Assembly: GCA_008632985.1 (NCBI GenBank)
Contig: QPGO01000004.1
Coordinates: 868,001 to 932,000, forward strand
Length of the DNA stretch: 64,000 bases
From: Psammoneis japonica
Taxonomy: Eukaryota
Direction: 5' to 3'
The notes under the pieces were generated by a model. That model was not told where the DNA came from. It worked only from the letters and a program-made list of their open reading frames with translations, and did not search any database. This document shows, in pieces, positions 1-11,466 of the stretch. Positions within the stretch are counted from its first letter, which is position 1. The number at the start of each line of letters is the position of its first letter. A program made the position numbers and the translations under genes.

Positions 1-1137
1 CTTCTTCGCAACAACGCACGCCGTCGGAAAGAAGCGCTGGAGAGCCCATCACTTGGGTAGATCGCGTCCTTCCAAAGAGCATACAGCCTTATGCACGCCT
101 TGCGCGAATGGATAAGCCCATTGGAACAGCCTTGCTGCTTTGGCCCTGCTTTTGGTCCACCGCTTTGGCTGCTCCACCTGGTTGCCCTCCCGACATAAAA
201 TTGCTTTCGTTGTTTGGCGTTGGTAAGTGATCGTTGTAAATGCGGGAGAATGCGATAATTTGGACCATGATATAACATAATCTTGCGTACAATCTATGTT
301 TAGGTGCCTTTGTTATGCGAGGTGCTGGGTGTACAGTCAATGATATGTGGGACGCAGATTTCGACAAGGAGGTTGCAAGAACACGAACTCGACCGCTGGC
401 TAGCGGAGACCTCACCCATACACAAGCAATGGCGTTTTTGGCAGCGCAGCTCTCTGTTGGCTTGGGAGTTTTGGTATCATTGCCACATACTTGGTATTGC
501 TTTAAACTCGGTGCTGCTTCCCTCCCTTTGGTTGTGTGTTATCCGCTCATGAAACGATACACCAATTGGCCTCAACTCGTACTTGGGATGACGTTTAATT
601 GGGGAGCGTTAATGGGGTGGGCTGCAACACATGGCGATCTTGATCTCAACGCCGTCTTGCCACTTTATCTATCGGGAGTGTCTTGGACTCTTGTGTACGA
701 TACACTGTAAGTTGTTGACCAGCGCGAGTGTCGATGATCACTCGAGACGAGGCACATAGTCTCTTACAGTCTACCGTACTCATTGTCCTCTTCCCCCCCC
801 CCCCCTTACAAGTTATGCTCACCAAGATAAAAGTGACGATAAAAAGTTGGGACTGAAGTCGACTGCTCTTTACTTTGGCAAGCAGACGAAACCAATTTTG
901 CATGGCTTTGCTGCATGCTCGCTGATTGGTTGGGTTGCATCCGGACTAGCCGTGGGCTATACGTCACCAGCTTTCTTTGTAGGAAGCAGCGCAGCGTGGA
1001 TGCACTTGGTTTGGCAGGTTCATACTGCTGATCTGGACGAACCGAGCAATCTCGCAGATCGATTTCGAAGCAACAATACCGTCGGAGCTATTGTGTTTGG
1101 ATCGATTGTCACTGGCAGCATGACAATGGTGGCCTAA
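1..1137 (+). CDS. COQ2: 4-hydroxybenzoate polyprenyltransferase (UbiA family), 5'-partial, 3 exons (<1-222, 304-706, 813-1137)
   Basis: Spliced translation gives [16 protein letters not shown]...[21 protein letters not shown]...RTRPLASG...[17 protein letters not shown] introns at 223-303 and 707-812. Confidence 0.95.
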
Positions 1138-1418
1138 GGTATTGACATGGCTGTTCTACTCTCTATCGAGAGTCGCAATAAGAAATGTACCGGTTATATG
1201 ATACGCTCAAGCTCCAGAGATACCGGTACTGTACAGAGATATAGAGGTGATCCTGTTGAAGGTTATGCGTTCGTTCGTGGGAATGAAGGAGGAAGCAGTC
1301 CCGCTTCTGTGTCACGGGAGTTGAGAGTTATTGTTGTTGACAAAACCAAACACACAACACACACAAAATAATCGTCCCTTTCACAGCGATACAGAAACGA
1401 TAAATCAACAGCGTGACC

Positions 1419-2436
1419 ATGAAAGATGGCGAAGCAAACGATACTGATTCTGGCGTCGTTGACTCTCAAATCGAAAACGTCGAAAGCCTGGAATCTGCAG
1501 AATCCGAGATGACAGAAGAAGCGCAATCCACCGGCTGTTTTAGTCGACTGAGGGATGATTTTTGCCATCCATTCTTTGGGGTCAAGGAGGTGAATGGGGA
1601 AATTACAGATGTACAGGCTAGCTTTGCGCCCCAGCCGAAACTGAGGACACTGACCGCCAAGATTTGCCTTTTTGGTTGGAGCTTGTCGGTCCTCGCCCAA
1701 GGCATCGCAGAAATCGACACACCGGATTTCTATCTTGCGTACTTGACACATTGGTCCCTTGTTGTGGCGCTCATGTATATGATTGCATCCGTTGTGTTAA
1801 GTCTTCTGAAGGAGCCCGTACAGCCAGATGACAATGGTAGTCCTGGCTTCTCCGTCCGATTCACTTGGGCGTTGTATTCTATTGGCTCAGTAGCTGAGAT
1901 CACGGCAACTCTCTTATTTTGGATTCTTGTGTTTGACCCCAAGAATGGCGTCACATATGAGTTGCTGATGACTCACGGTGGTGTAATGGTTCTGATTTTG
2001 CTGGAAGGGCTACTGGTGAATAGAATCCCTGTGAGGGGAAAGCATTTGTTGTTTCCAATGATGTTTAGCTTGGCGTACGTGATCTGGACAATTATTCATG
2101 CAACGACCAATATCGGGAACCCAAAGTGAGTACAGTACCGGTGAATGCTGCCCTCTGGAAAGTGGCTTCAATTTCACAATGCTAACACAGTGCTTTACGT
2201 TCTGCAGTTCAGATGACGGGGACGCGATTTATTCTAGTTTGAATTGGAAAGATAACCCTGGTTCCGCCACAGTTGTTGCGGTTGTGTGTCTTTTCATCGT
2301 GGTCCCGCTACTGTTCCTCATTGTTTGGCATCTATCCATAATGTCCGGTCCATGTCGGTTTGATGGGTCCAATCGCCGCTATTACGTCCACAGCAAGGAT
2401 ACGATTGGGTCTGTCGACGAAGAGATGGCGCAATGA
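1419..2436 (+). CDS. Multi-pass membrane protein, rolling-stone / FAR-17a-AIG1-like, 2 exons
   Basis: About 6 hydrophobic segments; YLTHW and THGG motifs and IY..LNW in exon 2; intron at about 2126-2207. Confidence 0.7.
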
Positions 2437-2698
2437 TTGTTTCATGCTGCTTGTTATGAAAGTACGGTATGATTTTAACGTTCAGCATGGTAATTTACGA
2501 AAGAAGCGGATACGAAAGCGACACCTCTTGTAACCTAGAGAGTATTTAGACACTCCCCAAGTTATTAGGCTTCAGGCTTGTATTGCTTCTCATGATTTCA
2601 TTTTGGAAAGTGCAAATGAACATAATTCGGAGATGCCTCTGCAGTTCCATGCAGGAGATTTGCGAGTTCTCAGACACGGTATGCTCGGGGAGTTCCTA

Positions 2699-3868
2699 CT
2701 ATTCGTCTCTGGTTGTTTCAGACGTCGGAAGCTGAGTCCATCGATTTTGCTTGTCCTTTGTCTTGATCAGCGCAACGATCACACCAAGCAATGTCAGACC
2801 AGTAACTGCGATGACCGCGGAGCTCATAGCTACTCCATCATGTCGCCTTCCAGGGGTTGGCAGCGACTTGCTTCTCTCGTCTCCAGGACTCAAACAGAAT
2901 CTTCCCAGATACCTCCCATCAGATGGACAGGAACACGCCTTCAAATCGGACGACCAAGTGCCTTGATTTATGGAACACGCGTTGCTGGCAAAAAAGTCTG
3001 CAATTTGATCAGTCATTGGAAATGCCTTTTCAAAGGATGGACTGTTGAAATGCCGCCCATGGTCATGAGTGCAAAAGGTTGTGTTGGCTACGCATCCGAT
3101 TCCGGTTTTGCAAGTTATACCATTGACCTTGTCTTCTAGACTGAGACGAACGCCACCGCTGCACTTGTTGATTTCAGTTGCCCAATTCTCAAACGCGTGC
3201 GTTGCAGAAGTACATTGATCAGCATGATTTGATATTTCACAGCAGCATCGAGGCATGGTTGAGTCGGTACAACACCCGGTGAATCGAACGTATGGGTCAT
3301 CCAAGCTATGATGCATAAAGAGAGCAGTAGGACGAGAGACGGAAGGTTGATAGTCATGACCGGATATAGGAGCTACGGCTCGAAATAGTTCGGCAGCGTG
3401 CGTCGCAAAGTATCCTCCATTTGACCATCCCATAGCATAAGCGATGTCCTTTGACACAAAACTAAATTCGTTTGAGACTTCGTCAATTGTTTGTCGGAGA
3501 AACCCAACGTCATCCACGCCTTGTTCAAGTGCGTAGCCACAGCAATATCCAGCGTTCCAGGAGCGTTGTATACCTTTTGGAATAACAAGAACAAACGAAA
3601 ACTGTTCCGCTACTTGCATCCAATGCTTCATCTGCTGAGGATCGCATCCAAAACAATGGAGTGCAAAAACAAGAGGGAGAACGTCGTGCTGATTCTCCTC
3701 TTGGTGGCAAATCGAAGTCGGTACATACAGCGAGTAGGAACGTTCACAATCCTTTTCTGACGTGCAGCCTGACATTGAAAGTTGCCGCAGCACTTCTTGA
3801 CCGCAGTATTCTCCAACCGGAAGACGCCGACCTGGCATTATCACTCTCACTCCGTCACTGCTTCTCAT
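2699..3868 (-). CDS. Alpha/beta-hydrolase, PHB-depolymerase/LpqC-like esterase with a Cys-rich segment and C-terminal membrane anchor
   Basis: PLVFALHC, SWNAGYCCG, DDVGFL and nucleophile elbow GWSNGG; the start may lie further upstream. Confidence 0.85.
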   Translation of the reverse strand: MRSSDGVRVIMPGRRLPVGEYCGQEVLRQLSMSGCTSEKDCERSYSLYVPTSICHQEENQHDVLPLVFALHCFGCDPQQMKHWMQVAEQFSFVLVIPKGIQRSWNAGYCCGYALEQGVDDVGFLRQTIDEVSNEFSFVSKDIAYAMGWSNGGYFATHAAELFRAVAPISGHDYQPSVSRPTALFMHHSLDDPYVRFTGCCTDSTMPRCCCEISNHADQCTSATHAFENWATEINKCSGGVRLSLEDKVNGITCKTGIGCVANTTFCTHDHGRHFNSPSFEKAFPMTDQIADFFASNACSINQGTWSSDLKACSCPSDGRYLGRFCLSPGDERSKSLPTPGRRHDGVAMSSAVIAVTGLTLLGVIVALIKTKDKQNRWTQLPTSETTRDE

Positions 3869-4322
3869 AGTTAATCATTTATGTACGGGGTAGCCTATCT
3901 ACTCTCTAGCTAGAAGGCGTCGCTCCGCCCCCATTATCGTCGACTGCATACCGTATAATACCTCGGCAATAATGCGAGGCATCACACCGCCGCCGTGCCT
4001 CAGTACAAATTGGACGTTGAATTCTACACGGCTTTGGATGCAGTTTTGACGTGCTGATGACAGATACAGCACATCTGTGCTGTGCACTGTGCACTCACGT
4101 AGAATCAGTACTGGCGCCTACAGAGCATACTATAGACCGAAGTACACGTCACGCGTGGTCGTGGGTAGTCGTGGTATTGATCGTACCTGGTCGTACTTGT
4201 AGTCGTAGAAAAGCAACGGAGGCACTGCCGCTCACCAGAATTGAGAGTCGCTCGTCGAAACGCGAACGAGTGAAGCACGGCGCGATACCACTGTAGACAA
4301 TGATGAACAACGCTATGTATTT

Positions 4323-6554
4323 CTATGTATTGGTAAGTCCTGTCCTCTTACAGTTTTGCCATATCGAATGTAGGCTTGTGATTGACACCCTTGTTGCACG
4401 TCCTGAACTTTGACAGGGGCCCAGAATTCTCTTGCAAAAAACAATCAACCTTGCCGTCGTAGCAGTCGTCAAGGCACTGTACGACCCTAGGGCTCGATAT
4501 GCAAAGCTTTTGATAGGATCTTCCAAGGACTTACCGGCGCGCACCTGATCTTTCACGTCCTGGCATGCATCCACAAATACCTGAACCTTGGTAGCAGCGT
4601 CCTTGGTGGATTTAAATTCAGATTGGTAGTCACGATCAAACTGTACGACGGTATCACCTGTGGACTTGGTTTTTTTGGTGTTCCTTTCATCTTGAGCTGG
4701 GTCAGTAGCAGCTCGCTTCTCCCTTGCACTGTTGGTATTGGTGAGTACTTCAAAAGTTGTAGACTGTGCAGCACGCACTCTTTCTGCAGCCGACTTGTCG
4801 TGCATTCGCATCACCACCTCTGCCTTGCTAGATCCAAGCTCACGAATCAAGAACTGCTTCATTTCTTCTTCATCAGACAAGTCCGGGGTGTATGATGTAG
4901 CTTTTGTGAACAGCTGCTTGACAGTCAATAAGTTGCTCTGCTGCACACCAAGCAGTTCCGTCACGTACCAATCAGCAAGTTCTGGTAGAGGCTTGCGGTA
5001 CCTGGCAGAGTCTACCATGACGGATGCAAATGAAGAAAGATGCTTCATATGGATGGGCTCCCATTTACCAACACGGTGAGCATCCTTGTCCTTTTCCCTA
5101 TCAACTAGAGCCTTCAGTGTACCACTGTCAGAAAGGTAAGTCGCGGTACTTGATATATTCTTGTGACGAGCGCTCAGCAATATGTTCGCTTCGGCCATCT
5201 CACCCAGCCGCCCTCCGCCACGCGTAGAGCCCCATTCAGCAAACGCAAAGCCAGTCCTTCGAAGAATGTGTGTTCCAATGATTTCAGTTGACATCTTATC
5301 AATGTCTCTTCCCAGAATGGTTTCGCAAGCAAACTTGAAAAAATCCAGGAGCGAGTCGTATGGAAAATTTTCGTCGTGATGTTCCTTGTTGAGCTCCAAC
5401 TCGTCTCTAGTGGGAAACAACTTGCCCGACTTGATGCCGGAATAATGCATCCAAAGGAGAATAGCAATAGTTCCTGAGAATTCAGGACATTCTTCATCGT
5501 CCCAAATCATGAAATGAAGATCCTTCTCGTCACGCTTGCCACGGATTTTGGTGCAGAGACCCTTGACGGCATTTTCCGACACTTGGAAGTACTCGGTGAC
5601 AAACTTTTCAACCGTCATCTCCAAAACTTCTTCACAGCGTAGAAATAACTTTGTACCAACAATAATGATAGTCCAAAGCATTAGATGATACTTGTCATTA
5701 TGTGACAAACAGTAGTCTCGAATAGCCCGCACCTCGCCAGGCAAGAATGCAAAAGCACTTCTAGCTTCGTAGTAGTTTGATGCGTAGTCTTGCCATTGGT
5801 CAATTGCAGCCTTGAAATCTTCATGTTTGGTGGTGTTTCCACGACGCCAGAAATGGGGATCACCAGGGTGTTTGCGGCATCCAGTGCCCTTTCGGGCTTC
5901 CTCCTCGCCAATCTCATGACAAGCAGTGCACATTTCTCGGTATTCGCCATTGGTCGTTTCGTAGTGCTTGTGAAGCTTGCTCATGGCAGTGCGGAAGAGC
6001 CCAATGGAAGAATGACCTTTCCAATCACCAATGCAGGTGATAGGGTTTCCATACCGGTCCTTTACAGGAGCGTTCGTGCGGTTGTGAAGTAGTGGTTCGC
6101 CTTTTTGTTTTGTCCTGAACTGAGTAAACTGGATTGCTGTATCCAAATTCGAAGGAAAAGGATCTGATGGACACAAGTCACGTGCCGGCAGCATGGCACT
6201 TTCAGAATCATCAATCAGGTAGCAGAAGTCACGAAAAAGCCTCCATATGGGTTCATACCGTGCAATAGAACTAGTCGCAACAGCGTCAGTGCCTACTTCG
6301 CCGGTCTTTTTGTTCTTTCCTGTAATTGCAAGTTTTGGTGACGTTGTGTCAAGCTTGTACTTCTTCAGTGTCTTATTCAAGCTCGACTCACCAAGAGAGC
6401 GGGTTTGCTGCGTTATTTTGAATCCGCCGCCCTTCAAAATAACGTAAGATGTCATCGTCGAGTGTGTGTTTTCTCTCTCGCGAACGAGAAATGCGAGTTT
6501 TTGATGATTTTCTTTTGGCGCGCCCCTCGAGTTTTCGAATGACCTTTTGGACAA
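4323..6554 (-). CDS. Tyrosine recombinase, Crypton-type
   Basis: Catalytic residues in the expected order: LFLRCEE (R), IRGKRD (K), GTHILRRTG (HxxR), SARH (H), TATYL (Y). N-terminal CxxC...CxxH cluster. Probable frameshift near 4490: another frame reads RVVQCLDDCYDGKVDCF...KFRTC and stops at 4348. Confidence 0.88.
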   Translation of the reverse strand: MSKRSFENSRGAPKENHQKLAFLVRERENTHSTMTSYVILKGGGFKITQQTRSLGESSLNKTLKKYKLDTTSPKLAITGKNKKTGEVGTDAVATSSIARYEPIWRLFRDFCYLIDDSESAMLPARDLCPSDPFPSNLDTAIQFTQFRTKQKGEPLLHNRTNAPVKDRYGNPITCIGDWKGHSSIGLFRTAMSKLHKHYETTNGEYREMCTACHEIGEEEARKGTGCRKHPGDPHFWRRGNTTKHEDFKAAIDQWQDYASNYYEARSAFAFLPGEVRAIRDYCLSHNDKYHLMLWTIIIVGTKLFLRCEEVLEMTVEKFVTEYFQVSENAVKGLCTKIRGKRDEKDLHFMIWDDEECPEFSGTIAILLWMHYSGIKSGKLFPTRDELELNKEHHDENFPYDSLLDFFKFACETILGRDIDKMSTEIIGTHILRRTGFAFAEWGSTRGGGRLGEMAEANILLSARHKNISSTATYLSDSGTLKALVDREKDKDAHRVGKWEPIHMKHLSSFASVMVDSARYRKPLPELADWYVTELLGVQQSNLLTVKQLFTKATSYTPDLSDEEEMKQFLIRELGSSKAEVVMRMHDKSAAERVRAAQSTTFEVLTNTNSAREKRAATDPAQDERNTKKTKSTGDTVVQFDRDYQSEFKSTKDAATKVQVFVDACQDVKDQVRAGKSLEDPIKSFAYRALGSYSALTTATTARLIVFCKRILGPCQSSGRATRVSITSLHSIWQNCKRTGLTNT

Positions 6555-6692
6555 AGCTACTTAGGGACGAAAGAAAGTCAAAAATTACTTATCAGTGCAC
6601 CGCTGTGCACCGGAAACTATGCCAGTGCACTTGAAGTGCACCGCCCCCTTCAACTAAGCACACGTCACTATCTCAAAATATCACCCCCCGGC

Positions 6693-9600
6693 TCGAGGGA
6701 GGATTAGGAATGGCGCTACGAGAGCCAATCAGAATTCAGCATTTGGGATTTCTACTTATAGGGGGCCCTCGGAAAGTCGAGGACTTTCCGACTAATTAAT
6801 TACATTTTTTCGGAAAATCTGACGCAATCATTTTAGACGAGGAGGCTGAGACAACTCTCCAAAATCAGACACAAGAATCAAAATGATGCGGAGACCGAAA
6901 TCATCTTCTTTTCGCGCCACGGAAAAACACAACAACACAGACTTCTGTCGCGATGAGAAAAATTCTCTCACAAAAAAAAACCCACGAGAGAGAAAAGTAC
7001 AATCTCTACTGGTGCTTCGATGATGACCGACGTTGAAGAAGAATCAGCTCCACTAAAAGTGGCTACACAGCAGCAGCTGCATCCTTTCTTTATCAACATG
7101 GGCATTCAATCCCAGAAGCGCAAAGGCTCCATTAAAACGAGCAAAAGTCAAGCGCAGACACGTAGAAGCGCACGCAACAGAGCGATTTAAGTGGGCGCAA
7201 GGTGCCAAGAGTAGACGACGGAACAAAGAAATGCAAGAGGTGTGAGAATGGGCCTACATACCATCATGGTCACGATCCCACGTGCAAGTTTTCGAAAAGA
7301 TACATGCAAATCAATGTCACCGCGGCTACGAAAGATGCAGAGCGACGGGAAAAAGAGCTCCATGAAAAGAACAATACGATCCCAGCCGCCCCACAGAAAG
7401 GAGTTTCTACCATGGAAGACCATTTTGAAATTAAAGAATCAAACAGTCGAGCTCCATTGCCTCCTCCCGGTGATTCAAACTTTTGCAAGCCGTGAATCTG
7501 GGAGCGTCCAGTTCTACCGTCGCAAGCAACCCGAATCTTTTTGATGCCGCAAGGAATACAAAATTCTCGGTTGAGACGTTGAAAAAAGAGATTCGAGCAC
7601 GAGTGAAAAAGTATGAGAACTCGGAGGAGAAGACAAAGTGCCCGGCTGCAGTGAGTGCTCTTATCAGTTATCTGTTGGATTCTGTCAAGCCCAGATTTGA
7701 TCAGGGCAGCAACACGCATCCTGTTGCTACAGCAAAAAGCACTAAGCTCAAAGAGATTCTGGAGGTCAAGGATGGTACCTTTCCGCCTGGTACAATATCG
7801 TTTCAAGTTCCCAAGGATGACTGCACTTCACCGCCTGATTATTACTACCACCAGCTGCAGGGTATGATAATATACATCGTTTGTTGGGAGCTGAATTGTC
7901 CTAACATCTACATTTCCTGCATTGACGGAGAGTGTGACGGGGAGATGATTCATGACCGTATGGACTTTACTCGATGCGGTGGGGCGACGCCAACATGTTG
8001 CATCAGCGGTAAGACTCATGTGGCAGTGTCAATGTGGTATGAGTGCAACAAATGCAAGACGCGATGCAAGGGCAACGACGGTCGACTGCTACACAAGTTA
8101 CCAAAAAGCCTTCAATCATCGTATCCAACTGAGCCAAAGTGTGCCAGTGCAACCAACAAATGGCACCTTACAAGGGAAACCACAAGGCCATTTGAATCCT
8201 TTCTTGTCACGCACGCAAACGGCGATAAGTTTTCTCACACGCTACACCAGATGCGAGCTGCCATTTCGAGGATCTCCAGAAAGAGATTGTCAACGAGCCA
8301 ACGATGAATCAGGTGACTGGATGTCTTTCTACGAGTGGATTGGCAGCTGCAGTCCATCAGGTTCTGCGATTCTTGATCTTCATGATGAATCTGGCGCATC
8401 GGAATTGACAGCTCTTGATACGTCATCATACTCCAGATGTACAAGATTGATCCAGATGGTGGGAGCGTCAATGAGCGTGGCTTCTGACCACACTTTTCAA
8501 ATTCTCAAGAATTGTACAAAGAAAGGTGGTGGAGCGGCGGCAGGACCATTTGCTATGTGCAACGAAAAGGGACAGGTTGGAGTTGCTTGTCTGACACCGA
8601 CGTTGGAAGCAAAAGATTTTGCTCACGCAGCCGAGCAGTTCGCGAGGCGAAAGAACGTGCGTCCAAAAATCCATTGCAGCGACACTTGGCCGAACAAGTC
8701 ATCGTCATGGAAGGTGTCATTTGGAGGTTACACAGTGTGCCGTTTGGGTCTCTTTCACTGGATGCACCGCATTGCACAGACACTTCGAAAAGACCACGTC
8801 GACTGTCATCAAGCAGTTCGGGACCTTCGAGCTACAGTTTCATACACCGAGTGGTCGGACCGCCAAGCAGCAATGCAAGCCCTCAAGGATGGAACTCTCA
8901 ATGGCAAAAAGCACACGGATGCAGAAATAGATGAGATCATCCATTCTTCCAGGTGGAAGCACTGCTCAGAATACATGCGCATTTGGAGGCATCCGCTGGA
9001 AAAGAGAATCAGCTTGCTTGACGATTGGCACGCCCGACACAAGTGTACGGCTTCTGATGGATCGCGACCCGCTGGGGGACGTCTTGATCCAAACAGTGGT
9101 TTGACACTCTTTACAAGTGATACAAAGGATGCCGTGGCAAATGGAAGAGAAACATCCAAGGGATTGGACGTTCCAGTGCCAAAGTCAGAGCAGTACTGGC
9201 CAGTGGCTCCATCGCTCCGTTCAAGAGCGAAGCTGGTGAAGTGGCGGACATTACTCGGGCCGGAGTCAAAGTTGGAAAAGGCTCATGATTCGCTGGCTCA
9301 TTATGGGAACTGTGGGATGCGAGATTCATTGATGGATTTGATCACTCTGGAAGGTTTGGTTCTCTACAACGCTGCAATTGAAGAAAAGGAACGCGTTGAA
9401 CGAATGAATCCAGAGACTCGAGCAAAGATTCCATGCGATTTTCGGGGTGTGGTTACTCATCGGAACGTGCTCAATCTAATCGAAATCAACAAGCTAGCAA
9501 CAAAGAAGGGGAAGAAAGCGCCCTGTCCAGATGCAAGGGAACTCGAGGCGGACACCGGCGAGCGTTTTCTGTCCAAGTGCCTGCGGGAGCAGAATGCTAG

Positions 9601-11466
9601 AAATGAAACAATTGCTCCACACCCGGAGACGGATCGATGCATGTGCAATGTCTGTGGGACAAAGCCAGTGACAAATCCATACAAGCGAACAACAAGATCA
9701 GTTGTTGGAAACGGCAACGATGGAGAAACTACAGCAGTGGCAAGCGTTCGACCGGCTGGTGGTTTTGTGGAAATTGTGGCGGCTCCTCAGGTGGGGGTTG
9801 AATCTATGTGTGTGAATGACACACCATTGCTTAACGTGGCTCACGTTCGAGTCGAGGAGCAGTTCAACATGTTGCAAGCCGTGAGAAGCGCCCTGTCACA
9901 ACAAGTTGCCATTGCATCGAGCATGAGCGCATCCCTCCCATCTGTTCCATGTCAAGTGCAACCGGCTCTTTCAAATCTTAATGATCTGATGCGGGATCAG
10001 AGGAAGCAAGACATTGATCCATGCTGTTGTCCTGTCTTCCTACAATGCAAGCTGCAGCAAAGCTGCAGTGTGACGGGGTGCCAACCAAGAGGTCGACCAG
10101 TGCATTCTATGGATTGCCCAAAGAGACAGCAGTCAAGGAGGTAGATGTCATCATTGCTGGGCACACTTCATGTGTTGCTGCTTTTGTTGACATTCTCGTG
10201 AGACAGCTGCCACTCGTAGAAGCGATCTAGCCTAGAGACGCACAGCAGTGTTTTCGAAACAGAGCTGAGTTTCCATGAGTTGTGAATTCACTGTTTTGTT
10301 TCTTATCCACCACACTTCCACAACTGTTGGTTGTTGTGTCCTCCACACACTTCATCACAATGCCACACTCAAGTGCCACCTTTCAAGGGCAGGTGAACCC
10401 TGTCGAAACGGAGATTCGGGTCTGCGGCGGTTGAAGGCACTCCCGTCCTTGGAAGCACCAGTCAACGCCTCACCGGGGGGCAACCCCTTGGCTCTCGTTG
10501 GCCGTCTCAATGTTCAGAGGTGGGGCCACATGAACATTGTTGCAGAAAAAAATTGCCGAGGCGCTGCTGCAGTCAGCAACCTCGGCAGTAGCCCGTGTTG
10601 TTCAAAGACGAGGGCAACCTCGTCTGCCGCTCACACACGGACTTTTCCAAAAGTGGTGGATTGTAGATTGCCAGCCAAAACAAACCACACCCACAACCAA
10701 CATGTGACATCCATTCCATCATATCCCGGTCAACAGCGCTTGTGGTGCCGCCGCACTCAGCAATTCCAATGAACCCTGAAAAGCCACCACTCCAACAACT
10801 TCTAAAGCCTCGTCAACGAAGGGTGAACACTCGGCTGAAGCCAAAAAGGCAACAATACAAAGCATCAGCATGAGAGACGCCATGAATGATCAATGCTTAA
10901 AGGAGGGCTCTTCAATCTGTCAAGAACGAACAGAAATTGCAACGCAAGAGCGGTGAGAGACGAGTTCAAAAAATGGAAAAAGTGCCAAGCATTTCTCATC
11001 CATTTTTCACGTTTTTCATACATCTCTTTTCGTACATTCATTCATCAGAGAGAGTTTTAATGCGTGCTTTGTTGTCACAACAGCATCACAAGTGACGGCG
11101 ACAATTTCGACTGCCGGCTCTTGCAGCTCTCATGGTCGATTTTTTGTGTGGTGTCGGAGGGAAACTCCTGAATTGCGTAGATTTCTACGTAAAATTCACA
11201 CTAGAGATACTTCAACACTGCAATGTCTCGATCTGTGTCACCACACCAAATTACTTCAACATGGGAGCACCCGGAGATCTGACACATCGGGTGGTGAAAC
11301 GGGAGAAAGAATTGACGATGGCTCTTCAAACCACTTCTGCCTTTTAGATCAAGCTCGCTGCCCTCGCAACCCCTTCCTCTCTCCTTCCTTTCTCTCCTCC
11401 TCCTCCTTCTTTCTCCTCTCCCCTCCCCCCCTCTCTTGGAGTCACTAACCCCCCCAAAATCCGTCT
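6693..11466 (+). repeat. Copy 1 of a ~4.77-kb head-to-tail tandem unit
   Basis: Starts tcgagggaggattaggaatgg and ends in a pyrimidine tract plus ggagtcact; colinear with 11467-16225. Confidence 0.97.
6953..10144 (+). pseudogene. DDE-transposase-like ORF, copy 1 (frameshifted, many Tyr->Cys/His changes)
   Basis: Same protein as copy 2, but split over several frames (7202-7495, 7483-8307, 7952-10144). Confidence 0.8.

Noticed and set aside
4323..6554. Prophage integrase or DIRS/Ngaro retroelement
   Set aside because: There are no phage genes, no RT/RNase H and no split or inverted LTRs nearby; a Crypton-type DNA element fits better.
11132..11347. 71-aa ORF (and the 10275-10772 ORF) in the tandem unit as genes
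   Set aside because: Their presence in both copies only reflects the duplication, and they show no recognisable motif.
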